A stretch of 64,000 bases of DNA from Chitinophagales bacterium (GTDB lineage: Bacteria; Bacteroidota; Bacteroidia; Chitinophagales; Chitinophagaceae). This document shows positions 24,503 through 35,681 of this stretch, one piece after another (positions within the stretch are counted from its first letter, which is position 1; each line of letters starts with the position of its first letter). The stretch is from assembly GCA_964203405.1 (NCBI GenBank), contig CAXNLL010000001.1, positions 317,814-381,813 on the forward strand, read 5' to 3'. The position numbers were made by a program, and so were the translations under genes. The notes under the pieces were generated by a model. That model was not told the origin of the DNA, searched no databases, and saw only the letters and a program-made list of their open reading frames with translations.

Positions 24503-25552
24503 TTATTTTTTAAATGGCATTTTAAATTGAACCCCTAAGCCTGGTTTAGTTAATGGAATTATCTTACCCTTATTATTTTCCATATTATAATCAAGCCCTA
24601 GCCCATTTAATTCAGTCATAAGTAAAGGGCCATCCATATCTACATAATCAAGTTGTGGCAAGAACTGCGCAATAGCAGCAGAACCAATCACCGATTCATT
24701 CATACTACCCATCATTACCTTCATGCCTAAGGCTTTGGCTTCTTTAATCATTCTAAGTGCTGGTGTAAGGCCACTACATTTAGTTAATTTAATATTAATG
24801 CCATGAAAATAATTTGCACAGGTAGCTACATCTTTTTCAAACACACAGGACTCATCTGCAAATAAAGGCAGAACAGATGCTGCTTTTAATTGCGCCATCC
24901 CTTCCCAATTATCTTTAGCCAAAGGTTGTTCTACTAATTCTACCCCTAAGTCTGCTAAGGCAGAAATTTTTTGTAAGGCTTCTTCAGTAGTCCATCCCGC
25001 ATTGGCATCTACACGAAGTGGTGCATTAGTATGTGCACGCAGGGCTGTAATCATTTCAATATCATAATCGGTGCCTACTTTAATTTTATAAATAGGCCAA
25101 GTATGGGCTTTCATTTTCTCTAGCATCTTTTCAATGCTATCAATTCCCAAGGTATAATCACAAATAGGTGTGGGCGTTTCTTCATTCCAAGGCGTATTCC
25201 AAATTTCATGGATAGGTTGCTTTTTCATTTGCCCAAATAAATCCCAGCCTGCCATATCTAAAGCCGATACTAAAAAGGGATCGTTGGGAAATAAATGATG
25301 TAAAAAATGCCAAAAACGTTCAGGGTCAATTAAAGCAAACTTTTCAATGAGTTTTCTATTTTTTTCTAAGAGCTCCATCATTGATTCAACTGTTACATTA
25401 TAATAAATAATGGCTGGTGCTTCTCCATAACCCTGCCAATTGCCCAAAGACAATCTAATCATCAAACTATGTTGATGCGTTTTAGTTCTTCCATTAGAAA
25501 TGGTGAATGGATATTCAAAAGGTAGTTGTTGTTCCCAAAAATCTAATTGCAC
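24503..25552 (-). CDS. L-Ala-D/L-Glu dipeptide epimerase (enolase superfamily)
   Basis: YKIKVG, RVDANAGW, VEQP, FADES, INIKLTKCSG, DMDG. Confidence 0.87.
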   Translation of the reverse strand: MQLDFWEQQLPFEYPFTISNGRTKTHQHSLMIRLSLGNWQGYGEAPAIIYYNVTVESMMELLEKNRKLIEKFALIDPERFWHFLHHLFPNDPFLVSALDMAGWDLFGQMKKQPIHEIWNTPWNEETPTPICDYTLGIDSIEKMLEKMKAHTWPIYKIKVGTDYDIEMITALRAHTNAPLRVDANAGWTTEEALQKISALADLGVELVEQPLAKDNWEGMAQLKAASVLPLFADESCVFEKDVATCANYFHGINIKLTKCSGLTPALRMIKEAKALGMKVMMGSMNESVIGSAAIAQFLPQLDYVDMDGPLLMTELNGLGLDYNMENNKGKIIPLTKPGLGVQFKMPFKK

Positions 25553-25721
25553 TTATAAAATTTTAGCTAAGATACTAAATAGCCAATCGTTATAAAAGTT
25601 GAAGCAGTTTAAGATAAAGTATCAAAGTCTACTAAAAACACATTAAATTTATTTTAGTAAAATTATATTAGCTTTTGTATATTTACCTATGGTACTTATA
25701 ATCAATAGATTACGATAATTA

Positions 25722-26192
25722 ATGGATAAGATATTAATATATACCGATGGTTCTTCAAGAGGTAATCCTGGTCCGGGTGGATTCGGTGCTATATTAATGT
25801 GGGCGGGGAAAACCAAAGAAATTCATGAAGCCTATCGTAAAACCACCAATAATAGAATGGAACTATTAGCGGTGATTAAAGCACTATTAGCCTTAAAAAC
25901 AAAAACCCTCCCTATTCATATATATACTGATAGTAAATATGTGGTAGAATCAGTAGAGAAAAAATGGCTGAACAACTGGATCAAAACTGATTTTAAAGGC
26001 GGAAAGAAAAACAAAGACCTCTGGTTACAGTATCATAAAATAGCAGCTCCTTTTACCATTAAATTCCATTGGGTTAAAGGGCATAGCGATAACGCACACA
26101 ATAATAGATGTGATGTTTTAGCAACAGAAGCTGCCGACAATGGCCCTTGGAAAATTGACGAGGTTTTCGAATTAAATGAAGCCGCTAAGTAA
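25722..26192 (+). CDS. rnhA: ribonuclease HI
   Basis: YTDGSSRGNPGPGG, TTNNRMEL, TDSKYV, WVKGH. Confidence 0.95.
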   Translation: MDKILIYTDGSSRGNPGPGGFGAILMWAGKTKEIHEAYRKTTNNRMELLAVIKALLALKTKTLPIHIYTDSKYVVESVEKKWLNNWIKTDFKGGKKNKDLWLQYHKIAAPFTIKFHWVKGHSDNAHNNRCDVLATEAADNGPWKIDEVFELNEAAK

Positions 26193-26221
26193 TAGTTGAA
26201 CTACTATTAGATACTTAAAAT

Positions 26222-26776
26222 TTAGATGGCTTTAAACTTTGGAATAAGAACACGGAAAGAGCCAAATAAAACGCCACCAAATACTAAAGTGCCCGCCACA
26301 CTATAAGGGTAGAAAGGTAAACCGTCTACCATAGTTTGAATAAGACCAGTAATAGTGAAAGCATGATGATAGCCTCCCCCTTGCGCCCATACTAAAAAGT
26401 TAGAAACTAAGAAGTAAGCAGTGGGTGCAGCTAAAAAGCCAATAAAGTATTTAGAAAGTTTATTGCTTTGTAAACCAAAACCAAATACAGCGGTACTGGC
26501 AATTAATAGATAGTTTAATAACTGACCTTCATAGAAACCTTGCATATCAGTTAATTGATAAGTAAATAATACTTGATACAATAAATCTGAAATAAACATT
26601 GAAAGTATAGGTAATAAAAAAGCATATTGCTTTTGACTTGCGAATAAAGATCCACCAAATAAGGCAATGGCAATTTGTGGTGCGAAACCATAAGGTCTTC
26701 CTGGTAATACACGGTATAGAGCACTGGTAATTATCATGATAACTAAAGCCACGAATATTTGCTTGTTGAATCTCAT
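26222..26776 (-). CDS. DUF6580-like putative transport membrane protein
   Basis: hydrophobic protein with FAP..AIALFGG, SNFLVW, GLPF motifs. Confidence 0.65.
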   Translation of the reverse strand: MRFNKQIFVALVIMIITSALYRVLPGRPYGFAPQIAIALFGGSLFASQKQYAFLLPILSMFISDLLYQVLFTYQLTDMQGFYEGQLLNYLLIASTAVFGFGLQSNKLSKYFIGFLAAPTAYFLVSNFLVWAQGGGYHHAFTITGLIQTMVDGLPFYPYSVAGTLVFGGVLFGSFRVLIPKFKAI

Positions 26777-26895
26777 CTTTTTTGTTTTTTTCTTTAAATG
26801 CTAAATTGCTGCTGATAGCTCAGCTACAAAAATAAGGCTTTCATCCTTTATTTAATTTATTTTATAAATAATGATTTTCCTCATTTGTGAATAAA

Positions 26896-28092
26896 CTATT
26901 TAGGGACATAAGACTTAAACAATATGGCTGCAGTATCTGCCTTTATTGCAAGCTTGGCATTAGGTGTCAAAAGCAGGGTATCACCGGCTTTATAAGCTAT
27001 ATCTTCAATAATAACTTCACCATCCATAACTAGTAGCATCTCTAAGCTATAGCTTGAAATTGTGTAAACTTCCCCCTTATTTAGTGCTATTTTAGTTAAA
27101 CCAAAATCGGGCACCGGGCAGGCATAGTTTATTTCATGGTCAGTAAGCTTATCCCCTTTTAGAATAAAAGGAGAAGTGGGTACAAAATTAACATGCTGTA
27201 TTAATTCTTTTACATCGACATGTTTGGGTGTTAATCCCCCTCTTAAAACATTATCGCTATTCGCCATCAATTCAATATTCTGTCCTTCTAAATAGGCATG
27301 CAATAATACCTGCTCCTTGAAAGATACCTTTATACTTCGGAATGTTGTACAATGTTTAAAATGTAAATAGAGAAAATTCCTTTGTCAATATTTTTTGAAG
27401 GTATTCCGTCCGCATAATATTTATGCGCCCACCAGTGTGGATCATTTTTGGTAACAGTTCCATTTAGCCACAACCTTCGCTGCTTCTTCTAATAAAGGTT
27501 TCAATATTGCATCAGTTGCCTCCATAGGCAGTTGCATAAAATAAGCATATAAATTTTTATAATTGCCTCCTTTAAATTCATTCATTAAGGGTTTTAAATA
27601 AGTATAACTATTCAACCTCTTTTCTAAAAGAGCGGGCGCTAAAAAACCATGTAGTAACCAAAAATCGCTAAGCGCCACCATTACTTCAGGCTTATGATTC
27701 TGGTCTTTATAATTTCTATGGGCTGCATCAATGGCTATACCCTTGGCATCTTCTGCCTTAAAACCTATGACTGCATTTTCCTTACTAGGATGCACTTGAA
27801 TACTCAGCATATCTCGCACATCTAATATTTTGTATAAATAAGGCAATGCTTCAAACTTAGTGGCTACTTCTTTCCCTAACCATTTTGCAGGATTCTCTAT
27901 TATTAATGCGGCTAAGTCTTTCTCCCCTTCTGTTGTTTGAATAGTAGAGGCAGCCAAAGCATGAGCTCCCATCCAGTATTCAGCATACGGTAAATGATTT
28001 ACATTCTCTACACCCATCAAATTGGGAAGAAAGGTATTACCTCCCCAATCATAATGCCTATGTTTTCCTTGTAATTTATACGCTTTTTGCAT
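26896..28092 (-). CDS. manA: mannose-6-phosphate isomerase class I (frameshifted)
   Basis: YDWG, AEYWMGAH, LSIQVHP, NYKDQNHKPE, HAYL, ELMANSDNVLRGGLTPK. Confidence 0.92.
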
Positions 28093-28143
28093 GTAGATAA
28101 AATGTCGATGTTTGGGCTATACGTTAAAGCTAAAGAATTTTAA

Positions 28144-28497
28144 ATGAGCAACAAAGAAATTGGGAATTTTGGTGAAAATATGGCAATAAGCCACCTGAGT
28201 GAACTAGGCTTTGAAATAATGCATCGTAATTGGAGATACAAGCATTTAGAAATAGATATTATTGCCAACAAGGACAATCTCTTACATATCGTTGAAGTGA
28301 AAACAAGAACCAGTATTGAATTTGGCTATCCTGAACAATTTATTCATCGAAAGAAAATGCAATTTTTAAAAAATGCTGCTGCTTTTTTTCAATATGAAAA
28401 TCCTAGCTGGAAATACTTGCAGTTCGATGTCATTTCCATTTTCTTAAGTGATCAACAAATTTGGGAATTAGCTTTCTTCGAAGATGTCTATTTCTAG
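28144..28497 (+). CDS. YraN (UPF0102) family protein
   Basis: G..GE, RNWR, EIDIIA, VEVKTR, FDVI. Confidence 0.88.
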   Translation: MSNKEIGNFGENMAISHLSELGFEIMHRNWRYKHLEIDIIANKDNLLHIVEVKTRTSIEFGYPEQFIHRKKMQFLKNAAAFFQYENPSWKYLQFDVISIFLSDQQIWELAFFEDVYF

Positions 28498-28503
28498 TAA
28501 GTA

Positions 28504-29001
28504 TTAGCCAATCAGCTCCTGCATCTTCTCCACCATCTTATAAGTGGCTGGACACAATTCAATATTTTGTTTGTGTACATGCATATACTCGGTCATTTTT
28601 CTTTTGGTCAAATGTGGAAATCCAGCACAGTCCGCCGGTCTAATATCATAAATATTACACTTATTCGTTTTCAAATTCAGAAACTGACAAGGCTGTAATT
28701 TATTCAACCAATCTTTATCCTTTTTGTCATATTCTAAATACTTTTCTTTAAAAGCGGCTGGTGTCATTTCGAAGTGACTTGAAATTCTTTTAATATCGGT
28801 GGGTGTAAATGTAGGGCTCATTGTTTTGCAACAATTGGCACAACTTAAGCAGTCAATCTCCTTCCAAACTAAAGGGCTAAGTTTTTGTGTTAATTGATCT
28901 AATCCTTTAGGGGTGTTCTTTTCGATTTTTCTAAGAAATGATTTTAATTGTTTCCCGTTATGCCTCACTTTCTGCTTAAATGACCTTAAATTTACTTTCA
29001 T
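28504..29001 (-). CDS. YkgJ-family CxxCxxCC cysteine-cluster protein
   Basis: CLSCANCC, PCQFL, CNIYDIRPADCAGFP. Confidence 0.85.
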   Translation of the reverse strand: MKVNLRSFKQKVRHNGKQLKSFLRKIEKNTPKGLDQLTQKLSPLVWKEIDCLSCANCCKTMSPTFTPTDIKRISSHFEMTPAAFKEKYLEYDKKDKDWLNKLQPCQFLNLKTNKCNIYDIRPADCAGFPHLTKRKMTEYMHVHKQNIELCPATYKMVEKMQELIG

Positions 29002-29067
29002 GTTATGATTAATCTGATGCGAAATAAAATCATTAATGCATAACTATCAAATCTTTTATTCTATTAT

Positions 29068-29974
29068 ATGAATTGGGCTCCGTATAAAAAAGGATTCAAA
29101 GCATTCTTACAACTTGAAAAGTCGTTAAGCGCTCATTCTGTTGAAGCTTACTTGAGAGATATTGATAAATTAACCAACTATCTTGAATCTAATGAAGAAG
29201 ACCTAAGCCCTGCAGATATTAGTTTACAACACCTGCAATCCTTTATTCAATGTATTGGTGAAATGGAGATGGCCCCTACTTCTCAAGCAAGAATCATATC
29301 AGGTATTAAATCTTTTTTTAAATATTGCTTGTTGGAACAAATTTGCACTGTTAATCCTACTACTCTTTTACCGAGCCCTAAAACAAGACGCAAACTACCC
29401 GATGTTTTAAGCTTTGAAGAAATAGAACTGTTAATAGGTCATCTTGATTTAAGCAAAGCAGAAGGTGGCCGCAATAAAGCTATCTTAGAGACTATGTATA
29501 GCTCTGGTCTTAGGGTCACTGAAGCCATTAACTTAAAAATTTCTTGCTTGTATTTAGATGTTGGCTTTATCAGAGTCATAGGAAAAGGCGATAAAGAAAG
29601 ACTAATTCCCATTGGATCAGATGCCATTAAATTTATAAAAATTTACAAAGACACTATTCGTATTCATCAAACGTCCAGCTAAAAACTGTGAAGACATTTT
29701 ATTTTTGAATAACCGTGGCAAGGGCCTTAGCAGGGTGATGATATTTTATATCATTAAAGACCTTATTTTGAAATCGGGTATTAAAAAATCGATATCCCCC
29801 CATAGCTTCAGGCACTCCTTTGCCACCCATTTAGTGGAAGGAGGGGCCGACCTAAGAGCCGTTCAAGAAATGCTGGGCCATGAGAGCATCACCACCACCG
29901 AAATTTACACCCATATTAATAGAGAATACCTTAGAGATACCCTGGATCGCTTCCACCCTGCCTTCAAAAAATAA
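29068..29974 (+). CDS. xerD: site-specific tyrosine recombinase XerD (frameshift near 29680)
   Basis: [52 protein letters not shown]. Confidence 0.9.
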
Positions 29975-30034
29975 CAAAAAATACACATTTACTACCTAGA
30001 AATAAACTAGGTTTGTTATCTAAAAAAATTGCAC

Positions 30035-30879
30035 ATGAAAAAAATACTTTTTGTTTTAACGACCCTATTAAGCTTGTCTGCAACAGCACAAATTAAAATG
30101 CCTGCAGCTAGTCCTACCCAAACACTTAATTCAGGATTTTGGATTAGGTAAAATTGAAATCGTTTATTCAAGACCAGGTCTTAAAGGCCGTGCGGCTTTT
30201 GGAAATGGTACTTTATTAGCACCTACTGGTATTGTTTGGAGAACTGGCGCCAATGGAGCCACCAAGGTTACTTTTTCTGATCCTGTAATTATTGGCGATA
30301 AAACTATTAGCAGCTGGTTCTTATGGTTTATTTACCATCCCAGGAGAAAACGAGTGGACTATTATTTTCAATACCAACTCTAAAGGTTGGGGAAGCTTTG
30401 AATACAAAGAAGCAGAGGATGTAGTGCGTATTAAAGTAAAACCTGAAACAACTAGCAGTAACACAGAAACATTTACTATTACAGTGGGTAATATTACTCC
30501 TGAAACAGCATCCATTTTTTTAAAATGGGGTAAGACATTAGTGAATGTGCCTATTAAAACAGATATTAAATCTACTATTCGCAAACAAGTAGAAGCTTCA
30601 ACTTCTGGTGCCACCGTAACAGGTGCCGCTTACCAAGCAGCAGCTAATTTCTATTTTGATATGGATAAAGATTATGCAAAAGCATTAGCCAATGTAAATA
30701 AAGCCATTGAGTCAACACCCACAGCTTATTGGTTATTTCTTTTAAAAGCAAAAGCACAAAAAGAATTAGGCGATAAAAAAGGTGCAAGAGCAAGTGCTGA
30801 AACTTGTATTAAAATGGCAGAAGCTGGAAAAAATATGGACTATGTGCGTTCTGGAAATGATGTGATTGCTTCTTTATAA
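30035..30879 (+). CDS. DUF2911 domain protein with TPR-like tail (frameshifted)
   Basis: signal peptide MKKILFVL, YSRP, VWRTGANGAT read from DNA; G.YGLFTIPGENEWTIIFN. Confidence 0.8.
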
Positions 30880-30900
30880 TCTTCATTAAGATTGATATTT

Positions 30901-30936
30901 AAAAGAGTCCCGAGCATCACTCGGGACTCTTTTTTT
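30901..30936 (+). terminator. intrinsic terminator
   Basis: AAAAGAGTCCCGAG/CTCGGGACTCTTTT hairpin with T run. Confidence 0.75.
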
Positions 30937-30937
30937 G

Positions 30938-30945
30938 TACATTTG
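30938..30945 (+). promoter_or_regulatory. Bacteroidota -7 element of tRNA-Leu(GAG)
   Basis: TACATTTG about 10 nt before the tRNA. Confidence 0.55.
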
Positions 30946-30955
30946 CAATGCGAGC

Positions 30956-31041
30956 GCGGAGGTGGCGAAATTGGTAGACGCACTACCTTGAGGTGGTAGC
31001 GCCCATACCCGGGCGTGGGAGTTCGAATCTCCTCTTCCGCA
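30956..31041 (+). tRNA. tRNA-Leu(GAG)
   Basis: acceptor GCGGAGG/CTTCCGC, anticodon arm CTACC-TTGAGGT-GGTAG, long variable arm, GTTCGAATC T loop. Confidence 0.96.
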
Positions 31042-31042
31042 C

Positions 31043-31094
31043 AAACCCTGTCATAAAAATGACGGGGTTTTTTGTTTCGAAGCTGTGTCAAAAG
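31043..31094 (+). repeat. truncated second copy of the tRNA-linked repeat (includes terminator hairpin)
   Basis: AAACCCTGTCA...GACGGGGTTTTTTGTTTCGAAGCTGTGTCAAAAG, nearly identical to 12726-12780. Confidence 0.7.
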
Positions 31095-31132
31095 TGAGCT
31101 AATCTAAAATTATATTTTATTATATTTGTAAC

Positions 31133-32339
31133 ATGTCCAATTACAACGTAACCTGCCCTAAATGTCAACACAACTTCGAGCCTACCGATGCTATTAGAGA
31201 AGAAGTGGAAAAAGAACTGCGCGGTAAAATGACCGACTGGCAAAAAAAGAAAGAAGAAGAAACAAGCGTTTTATTAGCTGAGCAAAAAATAGCTATAGAA
31301 AATGAACTGGCAGAGAAACTAAAAAAAGATTTAGGCGCTCAGTACGATCATAAAATTAAGGTCATGCAGCAAAATGAAGTCTGCCATGAGTAAGCAAGTG
31401 AAAGATTTTCAAGAAAAAGAATTGGAATTTTTGAAACAAGTACAAGCTATTCAAGCCAAGGAAGCGGAATTAGAATTAGAACTACAAAGAAAATTAGTAA
31501 AGGAAAGAGAATCCTTAAAAGCGCAAATACAAAAAGAAGAAATAGAAAGAGGTTCTTTAAAAGACCAAGAGCATGTGTTGAAAGTGAAAGAATTAGAAAA
31601 GCAATTAGAAGACCAACGCAAACTAGCCGAAGAAATGCGACGCAAAGCAGAACAAGGTAGCATGCAAATGCAAGGTGAGGTTCAAGAATTATTATTAGAA
31701 GAACTCCTTAAAACAAGTTTTCCTTTTGACCAGATCTCCGAAGTAGGAAAAGGTGTTCGTGGTGCAGATTGTATTCAACTGGTGCGCAATAGCCTTGGGC
31801 AAGAAGCAGGTAAAATTATTTATGAAAGTAAAAGAACCAAAGACTTTAACCAAGAGTGGATTGATAAATTAAAAGCGGATATGCGCAGTCAAGGTGCAGA
31901 TATTGCAGTGATTGTAACGCAAACCTTCCCTAAAGAATTAGATCGTTTTGGTGAAAAAGACGGCGTATACATTTGCTCTTTCCAAGAAGTTAAAAGTGTT
32001 GCTTTATTATTAAGAAATGCGATTCTAAAAGTCCATGATACCAAAAAGAGTCAAGTTAATAAAGGTGACAAAATGAGTTTTTTGTATGACTACTTAACCA
32101 GCAATGAATTCAGCGAACAATGGAAAGCGGTGGGCGAAGGTTTTAGACAGATGCGCTCTAGTATTCAAAAAGAAAGAGATGCTATGGAAAAACTTTGGAA
32201 AGCTAGAGAAAAGCAACTCGAAAAAGTATTGTTAAATGCAATGCACATTAAAGGATCCATTGAAGGCATTGCAGGTGCTGACGCCATTCACTTAGATTTA
32301 TTAGAAGATGATACCGCACTTGGTCTTGAGGAAGAGTAA
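31133..32339 (+). CDS. DUF2130 domain protein (frameshifted)
   Basis: CPKC N-terminus, coiled coil, QGSMQMQGEVQE, GADC, IIYESKRTK, WIDKLKAD. Confidence 0.82.
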
Positions 32340-32373
32340 GTATCTAAGATGGCTTAACTATAACAAAGAATCT

Positions 32374-32997
32374 TTAGTGATAACAAGTAACGCAGATGTA
32401 ATCCGTTCGAAAGTGGTAGTCTAAACGGACATTGATTTTATTTCCTTTTTGTAAAATTTCTGCTGGCACAGTTCCCCTATCCCCATTCGTTAATTCAAGG
32501 ATATTAAAATCCTTTGCAAAATCAATCCCCAATTGTTCATACTTTTTATACATGGCTTCCTTGGCTGCCCATAAAAACGCTAACTGATTCAATTGGTCAT
32601 TTTCTTCTAAGCCAGCAATCATTGCTTTCTCCTGTTCATTTAAAAATTTATGCGCCACTTTCGCAATGCGAGGGTGTATAATTTCAATATCTATGCCTAC
32701 AGCTTTGTCATCTACAGCACAAGCTGCATAACCCTTGCAATGTGAAAATGAAAAATGAAAAGGCAAACCCATTAAATAAGGTTTTCCATTATCAGCCATG
32801 ACCAATTGACTTAAATCTGCCTCTGGCATCATTAATTTTAATAATAACCTAACGGCCAAATGTTGTGTCCTTCTTTCCTCATTGGCAATGGGTACAGCAA
32901 GTCTCACATCTGTCTCAAAAAAAGACGCAGGTTCTTGAATAGACCAAATGGCTAGATGAGCTGTCTCGTTAATATTTTGTTGATAAAAGAAAGGCAT
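32374..32997 (-). CDS. 4'-phosphopantetheinyl transferase family protein
   Basis: GKPY, SFSH, VGIDIE, WAAKEAMYK. Confidence 0.88.
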   Translation of the reverse strand: MPFFYQQNINETAHLAIWSIQEPASFFETDVRLAVPIANEERRTQHLAVRLLLKLMMPEADLSQLVMADNGKPYLMGLPFHFSFSHCKGYAACAVDDKAVGIDIEIIHPRIAKVAHKFLNEQEKAMIAGLEENDQLNQLAFLWAAKEAMYKKYEQLGIDFAKDFNILELTNGDRGTVPAEILQKGNKINVRLDYHFRTDYICVTCYH

Positions 32998-33053
32998 TTT
33001 GAATTAGATTGCGGTCTGTTTTAAAGAACGAAATTAAACATAAATCGATTAAG

Positions 33054-33590
33054 ATGATATTATCAGATACACGTATACTCGAAGAAATAGCCAAACAAAC
33101 CATTAAAATTGAACCTTACGATCGCAAAGACTTAGGAAGTAACAGCTATGACGTGCATTTAGGCAAATGGTTAGCCACTTATGATAATGCCATTTTAGAT
33201 GCAAAAGCACATAATACCATTACCTATTTTGAAATTCCTGAAGAAGGTTTTGTTTTAGAACCTACGGGCTTTTATTTAGGTGTTACCTTAGAATATACTG
33301 AAACACATGCGCATGTTCCATTCTTAGAAGGAAAGTCTTCTACCGGAAGATTAGGTATTGACATTCATGCCACCGCAGGTAAAGGCGATGTTGGTTTTTG
33401 CGGTTACTGGACTTTAGAAATTTCAGTAAAGCAACCCGTTCGTATTTACAAAGGCATGCCAATTGGTCAACTTATTTATTTCCCAGTGGATGGCGAGATT
33501 GAAGTTAAATACAATCAAAAGAAAAACGCTAAATATAGCGGTCAGCCGGAAAAGCCTATTGAGAGTATGATGTGGAAGAATCAGTTTTAG
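33054..33590 (+). CDS. dcd: dCTP deaminase
   Basis: MILSD, SYDVHLG, GKSSTGRLG, TLEI, KYSGQ. Confidence 0.92.
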   Translation: MILSDTRILEEIAKQTIKIEPYDRKDLGSNSYDVHLGKWLATYDNAILDAKAHNTITYFEIPEEGFVLEPTGFYLGVTLEYTETHAHVPFLEGKSSTGRLGIDIHATAGKGDVGFCGYWTLEISVKQPVRIYKGMPIGQLIYFPVDGEIEVKYNQKKNAKYSGQPEKPIESMMWKNQF

Positions 33591-33622
33591 TATGATTTAT
33601 TTAATCTTGATTAATGTTTATG

Positions 33623-34870
33623 TTACTGCTTAGATTTATTATAAGCAATTACCCACAATAGTACTTCGTCATAACTTTTTATTCCTTTCGCTTGTTTGTT
33701 CCATTGTAAGAATTGATCATAAAGTGATGTAGAAGCCGGTATAAGCAGTTGCTGCCTTTGTATAAAAAAATCTTTTATTTTTTTTCTATCTTCTATCACT
33801 TTTGCGTCAAGCAAGCTTTTATTTCTATTCACAATGGTTTTCCATTTTTCAAAATTGCCCGTTTTCGCAATTAAACTTAAATGTTCAGATTGGCTATAAG
33901 TAAACATTTGTAGTAACATCGAATAGTGTAATAATGCATCGCTTGATTCTGTGGCAACCACAAAGGCAATAAAATTGGCTTCTGCCTCGGAAGCATAACC
34001 CATTTGATGGGCTAATTCATGGCAACTGGTATAAGGCAGGGTAAGCAGCGGAACATCGGTCCTTACAATGGCTTCCCCCGTAATCGGTTGGTAAAATGCC
34101 AAATACCCTAAATAATCACCCCAACTAGGAAAAGCAGCCTCTTTCAAAACTGGTTTATCTAAATGAAGCTGGGGGAATCTGTTTTTGAGCTGATTATAAT
34201 TCGAGATACTATTTCTAAATACCTGGTCTACCTCCATTTTTTGGATAAACGAATCTGACAGTGTTTGCCTTGTTTTATTCAATTCTTTCATTAAATCCAG
34301 ACTAAGGCTATCTAACTGTATTTCGGTATAGCTAGTATCCATTTTTAAATCAAAGCTTTTAGCTGGGCTAGATTTTCGGTAGTTCAACCCCCATAAAAGC
34401 ATAAAAACTACATATAATTGAACCAGTTTCAGCATAAGCTGTTTGCCAAAACGGAGCAGATTAATGCTGAAAGTTTCGGTATTAATTTTATTTTTAAATT
34501 TATATAAGCCTAGTAAAATATTGATAACCAATACTATAATTAATACAAGATATACATGCTCCCCAATGGGCATTTTGAAGCCCCCAGTAAGGGATCTTAG
34601 CCCTAGGCCAATGTATTGAAATAGGCCAAAGCTGAAATAAGAGGCTACCACTTGAGGGAAGAACGAGAACACTAAAATAGACAGAGCCATTAGCAGCCAT
34701 ACTGCCTGAACTAGGGTTGGGATACGAAAACTAAGCTTTAATGGGTCTTTTTTCACCTTTTTGGGATTGATGGGCTGGTCTAAGAATTGGTACCCAAAAG
34801 TAGGATAAACTTTGTCTTTTGGTTGGTTTTTACTAACTTTGCCAACCTTATAAGTACGGTTATGAACCAA
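33623..34870 (-). CDS. DUF3810 family membrane protein (true start probably downstream of the ORF start)
   Basis: LWGLNY, CHELAHQMGYASEAEANF HExxH motif. Confidence 0.8.
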   Translation of the reverse strand: MVHNRTYKVGKVSKNQPKDKVYPTFGYQFLDQPINPKKVKKDPLKLSFRIPTLVQAVWLLMALSILVFSFFPQVVASYFSFGLFQYIGLGLRSLTGGFKMPIGEHVYLVLIIVLVINILLGLYKFKNKINTETFSINLLRFGKQLMLKLVQLYVVFMLLWGLNYRKSSPAKSFDLKMDTSYTEIQLDSLSLDLMKELNKTRQTLSDSFIQKMEVDQVFRNSISNYNQLKNRFPQLHLDKPVLKEAAFPSWGDYLGYLAFYQPITGEAIVRTDVPLLTLPYTSCHELAHQMGYASEAEANFIAFVVATESSDALLHYSMLLQMFTYSQSEHLSLIAKTGNFEKWKTIVNRNKSLLDAKVIEDRKKIKDFFIQRQQLLIPASTSLYDQFLQWNKQAKGIKSYDEVLLWVIAYNKSKQ

Positions 34871-35438
34871 GACAGGGCTTACGAAATAGCATTTGTGGGT
34901 TTGACACCCGGTTTACATGAGTTCGAATACCGTATCGAGGATCAGTTCTTTACCAGTTTTGGACAACAAGACTTCTCTAATTGCAATACCCTTGTAAGGC
35001 TTAGCCTTGACAAAAAACAAGGTTTCTATTCAATTGCATTTTGATGTTGATGGCAAAATAGATACCCTCTGCGATCGTTGCGGCAACCCCCTCACGATTC
35101 AATTATGGGATGAGTTCAACTTAATTGTAAAATTAGTAGACGACCCTATTACCATGAACAGTCAAGAAGAAGATGCTGATATTTTTTATGTTGATAAAGG
35201 CGAGAACTATTTTTCAATTGCTGCTTGGATTTATGAATTCATCAATTTAAGTATTCCTTTACAACATATTTGTAAGGAGAACGAAAAAGGAGAATCTACC
35301 TGCAATCAAAAAGTATTAGACCAGTTGAACCAATTCAAAGTAAATCCAACAGAAGTTAATAATAAAAACATCTGGAAAGGTTTAGAAAAGTTTAAAGGAT
35401 TGGATGAAACAAATGAGGAAGAAATAAACAAGAATTAA
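34862..35438 (+). CDS. DUF177/YceD family protein (frameshifted)
   Basis: YEIAFVGL..G.HEFEY, CDRC, IYEFINLSIP; conserved position before rpmF. Confidence 0.85.
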
Positions 35439-35475
35439 AAACGAATATTAAATAATAAATTTTAAAAAATAAGAG

Positions 35476-35670
35476 ATGCCTAATCCTAAACGCAGACACT
35501 CACAACAACGTAGTGCTAAAAGAAGAACTCACTATGTAGCTCAAGAAGTTACATTAAGCAAAGATGGAACTACTGGAGAAATCCATGTACGTCATCGCGC
35601 GCACGTTCAAGAAGGTAAATTGTACTACAAAGGTTTATTAGTAAGTGAAAAAGCGCCACTAAAAGCCTAA
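35476..35670 (+). CDS. rpmF: 50S ribosomal protein L32
   Basis: MPNPKRRHS..R..KRRTHY, HRAH, YYKG. Confidence 0.95.
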   Translation: MPNPKRRHSQQRSAKRRTHYVAQEVTLSKDGTTGEIHVRHRAHVQEGKLYYKGLLVSEKAPLKA

Positions 35671-35681
35671 TTACCAATTCA

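Noticed and set aside
25700-25712. IHF-consensus match AATCAATAGATTA before rnhA
   Set aside because: Isolated match with no att core or arm repeats; expected by chance in AT-rich DNA.
26777-26895. Cobalamin riboswitch upstream of the DUF6580-like gene
   Set aside because: Short AT-rich spacer without B12-box motifs.
28144-28497. YraN nuclease-like gene as a defence component
   Set aside because: Widespread family sitting in ordinary core context here.
29068-29974. xerD as the integrase of the tRNA islet or of a second island
   Set aside because: Typical ~300-aa housekeeping XerD among core genes, with no arm-binding domain and no flanking att repeats.
30840-31091. 83-aa minus-strand ORF
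   Set aside because: Antisense shadow of tRNA-Leu(GAG) and a terminator.
31042-32339. DUF2130 gene as cargo of a second tRNA island
   Set aside because: No duplicated tRNA 3' end or arm repeats seen downstream; neighbours are housekeeping genes.
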